DNA of 64,000 nucleotides from an uncultured Actinomycetota bacterium (GTDB lineage Bacteria; Actinomycetota; Actinomycetes; Propionibacteriales; Nocardioidaceae): NCBI GenBank assembly GCA_963815445.1, contig CAWFGV010000004.1, positions 121,346 to 185,345 of the forward strand, read 5' to 3'. Shown piece by piece: positions 56,507 to 64,000 of this stretch (position 1 is its first letter; each line of letters starts with the position of its first letter). The notes under the pieces were generated by a model. It saw only the letters and a program-made list of their open reading frames with translations, ran no database searches and was not told where the DNA came from. The position numbers and the translations under genes were made by a program.

Positions 56507-57946
56507 TCACTGCTGGCGGGCCTGCTGCTTGATGCGGTTGGTCAGCTCGCGGACCTGGTTGTACACGCTGCGACGCTCGGCCATCAGCTGGCGGATCTTG
56601 CGATCGGCGTGCATGACCGTGGTGTGGTCGCGCCCGCCGAACTGCTGCCCGATCTTGGGTAGCGACAGGTCGGTGAGCTCGCGACACAGGTACATGGCGA
56701 TCTGGCGCGCGGTCACGAGGACCCGGCTTCTGCTGGTGCCGCACAAGTCGTCGATCGACAAGCCGAAATAGGCCGCGGTCTGCGCGATGATCACCGCCGC
56801 CGTGATCTGGGGCTCACCGCCTTCAGGAATGAGGTCCTTGAGGACGATCTCAGCCAGGGTCAGGTCGACCGGCTGTCGGTTCAGGCTGGCGAAGGCGGTG
56901 ACGCGGATGAGGGCGCCCTCGAGCTCGCGGATGTTGGTCTGGATCTTGCTGGCGATGAACTCGAGGACGTCCGGCGGTGCGGTGAGGCGTTCGGTTGCGG
57001 CCTTCTTGCGCAGGATCGCGATCCTCGTCTCGAGGTCGGGCGGCTGGACATCGGTGATGAGTCCCCATTCGAACCGGTTGCGCAACCGGTCCTCGAGTGC
57101 CTCGAGCCGCTTGGGCGGACGGTCGGACGTGATGACGATCTGCTTGTTGGCGTTGTGCAGGGTGTTGAAGGTGTGGAAGAACTCCTCCTGCGTCTGGATC
57201 TTGCCTTCCAAGAACTGGATGTCATCGATCAGCAGGACGTCGACGTCGCGGTAGCGCCGCTGGAAGCCGGCGGCACGGTCATCACGGATCGCGTTGATGA
57301 AGTCGTTGGTGAACTCCTCGCTGCTGACGTAGCGCACCCGCGCCCCGGTGAAGAGGCTGCGGACGTAGTGACCGATCGCGTGGAGAAGGTGCGTCTTCCC
57401 CAACCCGGAGTCGCCGTAGATGAGGAGCGGGTTGTAGGCCTTGCCCGGCGCCTCGGCGACGGCGACCGCTGCGGCGTGCGCGAACCTGTTGGACGAGCCG
57501 ATGACGAAGGTCTCGAAGATGTACTTGGGGTTGAGGCGGGTGTCGCGCACGTTGCCGGCGCCCGGGGTGTTCCCAGGGGTGCCGAGACCGCCTGCGACGG
57601 GTTGCGCGATCCCGGGTGCTTGTGCCGCCAGCACCGGCCCGACGGCCTCGGGGGAGTCGAAGTCGGGTTCGAGCGATGTCGCTGCGGACTCGGTGTCGCC
57701 GAGCGTCGGGTCCACCGTGACAGCCAGCCGAACGGGTTGACCGAGCGACCGGCTGAGGGCGTCCTCGAGTCGGGGCCGGAGCCTCGTCTCGAGCTGGCTG
57801 CGGGTGAAGTCGTCCGGGACGGCGACGATGGCGGTGTTCTCGTGCAGGGTCACCGGCTGTGAAGCCGACAGCCACGCCCGGTGGCTCGCTGGCAGCTCGT
57901 CCACGAGCTTTTTCCAGGCATGGGCAAGGTCAACGACCTCGGTCAT
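56507..57946 (-). CDS. dnaA: Chromosomal replication initiator protein DnaA
   Basis: [41 protein letters not shown] (Walker A), LLIDDIQFL, and the C-terminal DNA-binding domain [35 protein letters not shown]. Confidence 0.97.
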   Translation of the reverse strand: MTEVVDLAHAWKKLVDELPASHRAWLSASQPVTLHENTAIVAVPDDFTRSQLETRLRPRLEDALSRSLGQPVRLAVTVDPTLGDTESAATSLEPDFDSPEAVGPVLAAQAPGIAQPVAGGLGTPGNTPGAGNVRDTRLNPKYIFETFVIGSSNRFAHAAAVAVAEAPGKAYNPLLIYGDSGLGKTHLLHAIGHYVRSLFTGARVRYVSSEEFTNDFINAIRDDRAAGFQRRYRDVDVLLIDDIQFLEGKIQTQEEFFHTFNTLHNANKQIVITSDRPPKRLEALEDRLRNRFEWGLITDVQPPDLETRIAILRKKAATERLTAPPDVLEFIASKIQTNIRELEGALIRVTAFASLNRQPVDLTLAEIVLKDLIPEGGEPQITAAVIIAQTAAYFGLSIDDLCGTSRSRVLVTARQIAMYLCRELTDLSLPKIGQQFGGRDHTTVMHADRKIRQLMAERRSVYNQVRELTNRIKQQARQQ

Positions 57947-58054
57947 CGGCAGGGTCCCCTCATGGTGTGGTGGCTCGGCGCAGGGTCAGGCTTGTCGCGA
58001 TGTCTCCCCACGATCCAGAACGAGATCCGGACCGTGGTTCCGGCGATCTGTCGT

Positions 58055-58534
58055 GCGTCCACATTGTTGTCCACAGCCTGTGCACACGGCTTTTGCTGAG
58101 TTTTACGGGTCATCTGGTGGTCGCCCGGAGTGAACCCGGGGCGCCATACCACCGTCGACAGGGCTCCACCGGTCGGGTGGGGCGCGAGGTCGACAACAGC
58201 CAGGCGGGGGAAACCGAGGGGGACTGAGGGAACCGCTGTGTGGGAAACTAACAAGAAGGCCGCCCGGGTTTCAACCCGTCATCCACAGGTTGATGGTTGG
58301 CCGCGCGGAGTGTCGTCGCGAACCATCGGCGTGTCGGGTGCATGCCGCTGATGATGCGGTGGAAATCTCGTGACGAGGAGCTGGTGGCCGGCCCGCTCGG
58401 TTTGACCCCCATCGTCGTCTCCGCGTACCGTTGGTTGGTCGGCTACGGCGTCGATGGGTGCCGCATGTCCACAGGAACAGCAAGGTTACTGACAAAGCGA
58501 TTGAGTGCTTTGTCGACAAATACCCTGTGGATGA
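58055..58534. promoter_or_regulatory. DnaA boxes upstream of dnaA (dnaA-rpmH spacer)
   Basis: GCGTCCACA (58055-58063), perfect TTGTCCACA (58067-58075), TCATCCACA (58279-58287), ATGTCCACA (58465-58473), the palindrome TTTGTCGACAAA (58509-58520), and TGTGGATGA (58526-58534). Confidence 0.65.
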
Positions 58535-58621
58535 GCGGTGTTGTCGAACCGTTCGTCCATGAAGTAGTGCCGGCCGACGCCTGTTGACTGTCCAGCACAT
58601 CCGATCTGGGAGTAGTCCTCC

Positions 58622-58759
58622 ATGAGCAAGCGCACGTTCCAGCCCAACAACCGCCGCCGGAGCAAGACCCACGGCTTCCGTCTGCGGATGCGGACCCGCG
58701 CCGGCCGCGCCATCCTGGCGAGCCGCCGGCGCAAGGGTCGTAGCCGTCTCGCGGCTTGA
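58622..58759 (+). CDS. rpmH: 50S ribosomal protein L34
   Basis: Below the track size cut-off. [45 protein letters not shown], 45 aa. Confidence 0.95.
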   Translation: MSKRTFQPNNRRRSKTHGFRLRMRTRAGRAILASRRRKGRSRLAA

Positions 58760-58792
58760 TCTGCCCACTGCCTTCGTCCCGGTGAGCCCCTC

Positions 58793-59152
58793 GTGCTCCC
58801 TGCCGTCCACCGGCTTCGTCGTGCCGACGACTTCTCGCACGCCGTCCGGTCGGGACAGCGAGCAGGAGCCCGTCTCCTGGTCGTCCATGTGTTGGAGCGT
58901 GACAGCAGCGGAGACCCCCCGCCTGGCCCGTCGCAGATCGGCTTTGTCGTGAGCAAGGGGGTCGGGACTTCCGTCGTGAGATCCACCGTCAAGCGTCGCC
59001 TTCGGCACCTGGTGCGCGATCGGCTGTCCACGCTGCCAGCCGGACGGATGTACGTGATCCGGGCCAACCCACCCGCGGCGACGGCGACGTACGCCGAGCT
59101 CGGCGCCGACCTTGATCGGTGCCTGGCGAAGGTCAAGGATGGCAGGCGATGA
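58793..59152 (+). CDS. rnpA: Ribonuclease P protein component
   Basis: [21 protein letters not shown]...[23 protein letters not shown], directly after rpmH. Confidence 0.9.
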   Translation: MLPAVHRLRRADDFSHAVRSGQRAGARLLVVHVLERDSSGDPPPGPSQIGFVVSKGVGTSVVRSTVKRRLRHLVRDRLSTLPAGRMYVIRANPPAATATYAELGADLDRCLAKVKDGRR

Positions 59153-59421
59153 AGTACCTGTTGATCGGCTTCCTCCGCGCCTATCGGCTACTGATCAGCC
59201 CCTTGTACGGCCAGGTCTGCCGTTATCACCCGTCCTGCTCGGCGTACGCGCTCGAGGCCGTGCAGCACCACGGCGCCCTCAGGGGCACGTGGTTGGGTGG
59301 TCGGCGAGTGGCGCGCTGCCACCCCTGGGCCGCAGGGGGCTACGACCCCGTACCCACTCGTTTCACCTGGCGGGCATCGAGCTCGACTGGACAGAGCATG
59401 GAGACTCAGGAGCTTTCGTGA
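59149..59421 (+). CDS. yidD: Membrane protein insertion efficiency factor YidD
   Basis: The ATG overlaps the rnpA stop (ATGA). [60 protein letters not shown]. Confidence 0.85.
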   Translation: MKYLLIGFLRAYRLLISPLYGQVCRYHPSCSAYALEAVQHHGALRGTWLGGRRVARCHPWAAGGYDPVPTRFTWRASSSTGQSMETQELS

Positions 59422-60374
59422 TCGCTTTTCTGGTGAACATCGGCCACACGATCATGACGCCGCTGTATTACCTGACCTCCGGAATCCTGCGGGTCTTCCA
59501 CGGACTTTTCCACGACATCCTCGGGGCGAGCGAGGGGTGGTCGTGGACCTTGTCGATCATCTGTCTGACCGTGGTGATCCGGACCGCCCTGATCCCGTTG
59601 TTCGTCAAGCAGATCAAGAACAGCCGGAACCTTCAGCTCCTCCAACCGAAGGTCAAGGAGCTGCAGAAGAAGTACGGTCACGACCGCGAGCGTCTCACCC
59701 AGGAGACGATGAAGCTCTACAAGGACACCGGCACCAACCCACTGGCCTCGTGCCTCCCGCTGCTGCTGCAGATGCCGATCTTCCTGTCCCTCTTCCGCAC
59801 CCTGAACAAGGCTTCGGACGGTGACGGCATCGGGTTCATGACGAACACGCTGGCACGGACCCTGGCCAACGGCGAGATCTTCGGTGTCCAGATCTCCAAC
59901 TCGTTCACCAGCTCCGGTGGGTCGGTGTCGACGAAGATCCTGACGATGACGCTGGTCGTGCTGATGACGTTCACGACCTTCACGACGCAGCGGCAGCTGA
60001 TGCGCAAGAACATGCCCGAGTCGGCGCTGACGGGTCAGTACGCGCAGCAGCAGAAGATCCTGCTGTACGTCCTGCCGGTGGTCTTCGCCGTCGGTGGTAT
60101 CGCGTTCCCCATCGGTGTGCTCCTCTACTGGACGACCTCGAACATGTGGACGATGGGTCAGCAGTTCTACGTGATCCGCAACAACCCGACGCCCGGTACG
60201 CCGGCCTTTGAGGCGAAGAAGGCCCGCGACGCCCACAAGCATCACGGCACCAGCACCAGCACCGACACAGTGCCGGGTACGGCCGTCGCTACTGATCCGG
60301 CACCACCGCCCCCGCCCTCGCGCGTCCAACCACAGAAGAAGCCCCGGAGCAAGCGCAAGCGCAAACGCAAGTAG
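59418..60374 (+). CDS. yidC: Membrane protein insertase YidC
   Basis: The GTG overlaps the yidD stop (GTGA). [86 protein letters not shown]. Basic C-terminal tail. Confidence 0.9.
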   Translation: MIAFLVNIGHTIMTPLYYLTSGILRVFHGLFHDILGASEGWSWTLSIICLTVVIRTALIPLFVKQIKNSRNLQLLQPKVKELQKKYGHDRERLTQETMKLYKDTGTNPLASCLPLLLQMPIFLSLFRTLNKASDGDGIGFMTNTLARTLANGEIFGVQISNSFTSSGGSVSTKILTMTLVVLMTFTTFTTQRQLMRKNMPESALTGQYAQQQKILLYVLPVVFAVGGIAFPIGVLLYWTTSNMWTMGQQFYVIRNNPTPGTPAFEAKKARDAHKHHGTSTSTDTVPGTAVATDPAPPPPPSRVQPQKKPRSKRKRKRK

Positions 60375-60414
60375 CCAGCCTTGTTCCCGCCCGCCCCACG
60401 ACGAAAGAGACACG

Positions 60415-61062
60415 ATGAGCGAAGCTCCCGACAGCACGACTGAGACCGAGGCCGAGACCGAGACCGAGACGGCCGATCCGCAGGTCGGTAGCGACGGGTC
60501 CGTCGAGTCCCAGGCAGTCAGTTCCGACGAGACCGAGGACACCGACGAGACCGAGGACACCGACGACACCGGGACGGCCGATGCTGACGGCGGGAACAAC
60601 CGCGTGAAGCAGCTCGAGGCGGAGGGTGACATCGCGGCGGACTACCTCGAGGAACTGCTGGACATCGCCGACCTCGACGGCGACCTCGACATGGACGTCG
60701 AAGGAGACCGGGCCGCAGTGTCCATCGTGGGTGCGGACCTGAGTGCTCTGGTGGGTTCGGAAGGACAGGTGCTCGAGTCGCTGCAGGAGCTCACCCGGCT
60801 GGCCGTCTACCGCGAGACCGGCGAGCGGTCCCGGTTGATGCTCGACATCAGCGGCTACCGGGCTGAGCTGCGCAAGAACCTGGAGCTGCTGGCCGAGGAG
60901 GCCGTCGATGACGTCAAGCAGTCGGGCGAGTCCGTCAAGCTGTCACCGATGACGCCGTTCGAGCGCAAGGTGGTGCACGACGCCGTTGCCGCTGCGGGCC
61001 TGCACAGCGAGTCCGAAGGGGTCGAACCGACGCGCTGCGTCGTCGTCATGCCGGCGTCCTGA
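60415..61062 (+). CDS. jag: Jag/KhpB-type KH and R3H domain RNA-binding protein
   Basis: Acidic ETE/TED-repeat N-terminus, then IAADYLEELLDIADLDGDL and the C-terminal R3H motif LSPMTPFERKVVHDAVAAAGLHSESEGVEPTRCVVV. Confidence 0.85.
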   Translation: MSEAPDSTTETEAETETETADPQVGSDGSVESQAVSSDETEDTDETEDTDDTGTADADGGNNRVKQLEAEGDIAADYLEELLDIADLDGDLDMDVEGDRAAVSIVGADLSALVGSEGQVLESLQELTRLAVYRETGERSRLMLDISGYRAELRKNLELLAEEAVDDVKQSGESVKLSPMTPFERKVVHDAVAAAGLHSESEGVEPTRCVVVMPAS

Positions 61063-61074
61063 TCGTCGGTCGAC

Positions 61075-61761
61075 GTGGACCATGTTTCACGTGAAACACC
61101 CGCTGCGGCCGAACCCCCGGAGGCTCCAGGGCCCCCGGATCCCGACTGGGTGAACGAGACGTTCCAAGGCGACAGGTCGATCTATCGCTATGTCGACTTG
61201 TTGGCTTCCGTGGGCACGGTGCGGGGCCTGATCGGCCCGCGCGAGGTGCCACGACTCTGGGATCGCCACATCCGCAACTGTGCTGCCGCAGCGCCGGCCT
61301 TCCCTCACGGGGCCCGGGTCGCGGACGTCGGTTCGGGCGCAGGACTACCAGGACTGGTCCTGGCGATGGCCCGACCGGATCTGCGCGTCACGCTGATCGA
61401 GCCGTTGCTGCGACGTACGACGTTCCTGACCGAGGTGGTCACCGAGCTCGGGCTCACCACGGTGGACGTGGTCCGGGCCCGCGCCGACGAGGTAGCGGAC
61501 ACGTTCGACGTGGTGACGTCACGGGCGGTAGCGCCGCTGGAGAAGTTGCTGCGGTGGTGCCTGCCGCTGTGCCGCCCTGGAGGTCTGGTCCTCGCCATGA
61601 AGGGTGCCTCGGCACAGGCCGAGCTCGACTCCGTCACCGCGATGCTGCGCACCCAGCGGATCTCCGGGGCACGAGTTGACGAATATCCGGCCGGGGCTGA
61701 CGGGTCCACGCGCGTGGTTCGGATAGAGTCGCCCATGATCGGGAGGACCAAGAAATCGTGA
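61075..61761 (+). CDS. rsmG: 16S rRNA (guanine527-N7)-methyltransferase RsmG
   Basis: LWDRHIRNCAAAAP, VADVGSGAGLPGLVLAMARPDLRVTLIEPLLRRTTFL, and DVVTSRAVAPLEKLLRW. Confidence 0.9.
   Translation: MDHVSRETPAAAEPPEAPGPPDPDWVNETFQGDRSIYRYVDLLASVGTVRGLIGPREVPRLWDRHIRNCAAAAPAFPHGARVADVGSGAGLPGLVLAMARPDLRVTLIEPLLRRTTFLTEVVTELGLTTVDVVRARADEVADTFDVVTSRAVAPLEKLLRWCLPLCRPGGLVLAMKGASAQAELDSVTAMLRTQRISGARVDEYPAGADGSTRVVRIESPMIGRTKKS
61083..61098. promoter_or_regulatory. parS site TGTTTCACGTGAAACA
   Basis: Perfect 16-bp palindrome matching the canonical chromosomal parS. It lies in codons 3-8 of rsmG (HVSRET). Confidence 0.85.
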
Positions 61762-63128
61762 ACGTGACGCCGCACCTGGGGTGGCCGGCCGCACCGCCGA
61801 GGACAGCACCCGGACTCGGGTGGCCTGATGAGACGGCGCCGGCGCCGAGTCGTCGACCACCCGCTACCCCGGCACCCCCATCTGTCGACCTGTCCATCTC
61901 GTTCGACGAGGCAGGGACCGACGTCGCCGCTGTGCCGCGTCAGACCGGCGAAGCGCGGGTCGAGGTCGGCACGCCGGCCTCGGACGCCCGCCATCTCGCC
62001 ACCGCCGCGGCGCAGCCCATCGCGGCGGGTGTCGTCGAGGAAGTCATCCCGCACGCTGCCCTGACCGCGACCGCCCCGAGCGGCGTTTCACGTGAAACGA
62101 TGGCGTCGCCGTCCACCAAGGTTTCACGTGAAACGGTGTCGGTCCTGACCACGGCCCCCGCCGCGCCCGTCGCGACGGCGGCGGAGCTGGTGGTCGACGA
62201 CCACCCGGCGGGCGACACCTCGACCCCGCTGGCGTGGGCCACCGAGCACAGCATCGCGGTGGCCACCGGTCGACCGCTGCGCCGTCGCCTCCCGCGCCCC
62301 GACACCACCCGGGTGATGGTGGTCGCCAACCAGAAGGGTGGGGTGGGCAAGACCACGACCACGGTCAACGTCGCGGCGGCGCTGGCCCAGCACGGTCTCA
62401 AAGTCCTTGTCGTCGACCTCGATCCGCAGGGCAACGCCTCGACGGCGCTGTCCATCGAGCACGGCGGTGGGGTCCCCGGCACATATCAGGTACTGATCGA
62501 GGGCACGCCCATCGACGACGTCATCGTCGAGTGCCCCGACATCGCCGGCTTGTTCGTCGTGCCGGCCACGATCGACCTCGCCGGCGCGGAGATCGAGCTG
62601 GTGTCGCTCGTCGCCCGCGAGACCCGGTTGCGGAAGGCTCTGGACACACACCTGAGTGAGAGCGCCGAGGTCCAGGCACCCTACGACTTCGTGCTGATCG
62701 ACTGTCCACCCTCGTTGGGGTTGCTGACTGTCAACGCCCTCACGGCCGGGCACGAGATGTTGATCCCGATCCAGTGCGAGTACTACGCGCTCGAAGGTTT
62801 GAGCCAGCTCCTGCACACCATCGACCAGATCCGCGAGCACCTGAACCCGAACCTGCGCGTCGGTGCCATCATGCTCACCATGTACGACGCGCGGACGCGG
62901 CTGGCGGCCGGCGTCGCCGACGAAGTCCGCCAGCACTTCCCGGAGGTGGTTCTCAAGACCGCCATTCCGAGGTCGGTGCGGATCTCGGAGGCGCCGAGCT
63001 ATGGGCAGACCGTCCTGACGTACGATCCCGGTTCGGCCGGGGCGTTGTCGTATCTCGAGGCAGCGGCGGAACTGGCCCGCCAGATCGAGAGCGACAACAC
63101 ACGCGACCACAGGCAAGGCACGGCATGA
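61758..63128 (+). CDS. parA: ParA/Soj-type chromosome partitioning ATPase (start uncertain)
   Basis: The deviant Walker [26 protein letters not shown] begins about 184 codons into the ORF. Then [12 protein letters not shown] and [18 protein letters not shown]. An alternative ATG lies at 62100. The stop overlaps the parB start (ATGA). Confidence 0.9.
   Translation: MNVTPHLGWPAAPPRTAPGLGWPDETAPAPSRRPPATPAPPSVDLSISFDEAGTDVAAVPRQTGEARVEVGTPASDARHLATAAAQPIAAGVVEEVIPHAALTATAPSGVSRETMASPSTKVSRETVSVLTTAPAAPVATAAELVVDDHPAGDTSTPLAWATEHSIAVATGRPLRRRLPRPDTTRVMVVANQKGGVGKTTTTVNVAAALAQHGLKVLVVDLDPQGNASTALSIEHGGGVPGTYQVLIEGTPIDDVIVECPDIAGLFVVPATIDLAGAEIELVSLVARETRLRKALDTHLSESAEVQAPYDFVLIDCPPSLGLLTVNALTAGHEMLIPIQCEYYALEGLSQLLHTIDQIREHLNPNLRVGAIMLTMYDARTRLAAGVADEVRQHFPEVVLKTAIPRSVRISEAPSYGQTVLTYDPGSAGALSYLEAAAELARQIESDNTRDHRQGTA
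62084..62099. promoter_or_regulatory. parS site CGTTTCACGTGAAACG
   Basis: 14-bp canonical core GTTTCACGTGAAAC in a 16-bp palindrome. It lies inside the 5' extension of the parA ORF and is translated as VSRET. Confidence 0.8.
62120..62135. promoter_or_regulatory. parS site GGTTTCACGTGAAACG
   Basis: Same 14-bp core, 36 bp downstream of the previous site, and again translated as VSRET. Confidence 0.8.
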
Positions 63129-64000
63129 GTACGCCGCGGCGCGGTCTGGGCCGCGGGCTCGGGTCCCTGATCCCGACCGCCGCCGACCGGGCCCACGAGA
63201 CCGAGCGCAGGACAGAGTCCGGCCACGGTGCCGCGAACGGCTCGGCCACCGATGTCGACACGCTGGACGCCGTCGGCCCCCGACCGGGCGAGATGCCGGC
63301 GGGAACCTACTTCGCCGAGCTGCCGCCGACCAGCATCAGCCCCAATCCCCGACAGCCGCGGTCGGTGTTCGATGAGGAGGCGATGGCGGAGCTCGTCCAC
63401 TCGATCAAGGAAGTGGGCCTGCTTCAGCCCATCGTGGTCCGGCCGCTCGGTGATGATCGCTATGAGCTGATCATGGGTGAACGTCGTTGGCGTGCCGTCC
63501 AGGACGCCGGCCTCGACGTGATCCCGGCGATCGTCCGGGAGACCCGGGATGACGCCCTCCTTCGGGACGCGCTGCTCGAGAACCTGCATCGTGCTCAGCT
63601 CAACCCGCTCGAAGAGGCTGCGGCGTACCAGCAGATGCTCGACGACTTCGGGTGTACCCACGATGAGCTGGCTTCGCGCATCGGCCGGTCGCGCCCGCAG
63701 ATCTCCAACACCCTTCGGCTGCTGAAGCTGTCGGCACCGGTCCAGCGCCGGGTGGCCGCGGGGATCTTGTCCGCCGGTCACGCCCGTGCTCTGCTCGGCG
63801 TCCCGGACAGCCAGCGACAGGACACGCTGGCTTCCCGTGTGGTCGCTGAAGGAATTTCCGTGCGGGCTCTGGAGGAGCTCGTTGCGATGGGCGACGCCTC
63901 GACGAGCGTTCCGGCGCCGCGCCAGCGGGTGTCTGCGCCCGGGCTCGTCGAGATCGCTGACCGCCTCGGGCAACGGTTCGAGACCCGATGCAAGGTGTCG
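63125..64000 (+). CDS. parB: ParB/Spo0J chromosome partitioning protein, 3' end outside the window
   Basis: Not in the track because it has no stop. [60 protein letters not shown] and the [25 protein letters not shown]. Confidence 0.95.
   Translation, partial: MSTPRRGLGRGLGSLIPTAADRAHETERRTESGHGAANGSATDVDTLDAVGPRPGEMPAGTYFAELPPTSISPNPRQPRSVFDEEAMAELVHSIKEVGLLQPIVVRPLGDDRYELIMGERRWRAVQDAGLDVIPAIVRETRDDALLRDALLENLHRAQLNPLEEAAAYQQMLDDFGCTHDELASRIGRSRPQISNTLRLLKLSAPVQRRVAAGILSAGHARALLGVPDSQRQDTLASRVVAEGISVRALEELVAMGDASTSVPAPRQRVSAPGLVEIADRLGQRFETRCKVS

Noticed and set aside
58297-58587. 96-aa plus-strand ORF in the dnaA-rpmH spacer
   Set aside because: It runs across the DnaA-box region, has poor codon usage and no ribosome-binding site, and shows no recognisable features.

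Overview
High-GC actinobacterial chromosome segment spanning the replication origin. All calls come from reading the sequence and ORF track by eye. No searches or computations were run, and identities are estimates.

The right half (29-64 kb) is conserved core:
- tRNA-Leu, then fhaA-fhaB-pstP-rodA-pbpA-pknA-pknB, a DUF881 gene, crgA, rhomboid, ppiA, a CwsA-like 11-mer-repeat membrane protein, DUF3817 and SURF1.
- tRNA-Ala, a 43-aa DLW-39 micro-ORF and tRNA-Ile.
- DUF3566, gyrA, gyrB, DUF721 (DciA-like), recF, gnd, dnaN and dnaA on the minus strand, with DnaA-box arrays on both sides of dnaA.
- rpmH-rnpA-yidD-yidC-jag-rsmG-parA-parB, with three parS sites embedded in coding sequence.

The left edge carries a methylcrotonyl/propionyl-type acyl-CoA carboxylase operon with a divergent TetR gene.

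Between them (about 4-29 kb) lies an accessory, signalling-rich stretch that ends at a decayed integrase beside tRNA-Leu. It contains:
- a sulfotransferase-like protein, a SigF-type sigma factor, a GAF-ANTAR protein and a SAM methyltransferase;
- a cytoplasmic DUF2235 (Tle1-like) hydrolase, then two tandem 1138/1145-aa Zn-ribbon / class III cyclase / STAND NTPase / TPR paralogues;
- a probably frameshifted lipoprotein gene and a GAF-GGDEF protein;
- a two-component system followed by a translationally coupled ApbE / ferric-reductase-like / NuoF-like / ferredoxin module;
- another lipoprotein, a multiply frameshifted HNH (DUF222) pseudogene and a TetR-isochorismatase cassette.

The best candidate for an undescribed system is the cyclase-STAND-TPR pair with the divergent DUF2235 hydrolase and methyltransferase, which may be a nucleotide-signalling sensor/effector module. 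This locus is also bracketed by three copies of a roughly 50-bp palindromic repeat.
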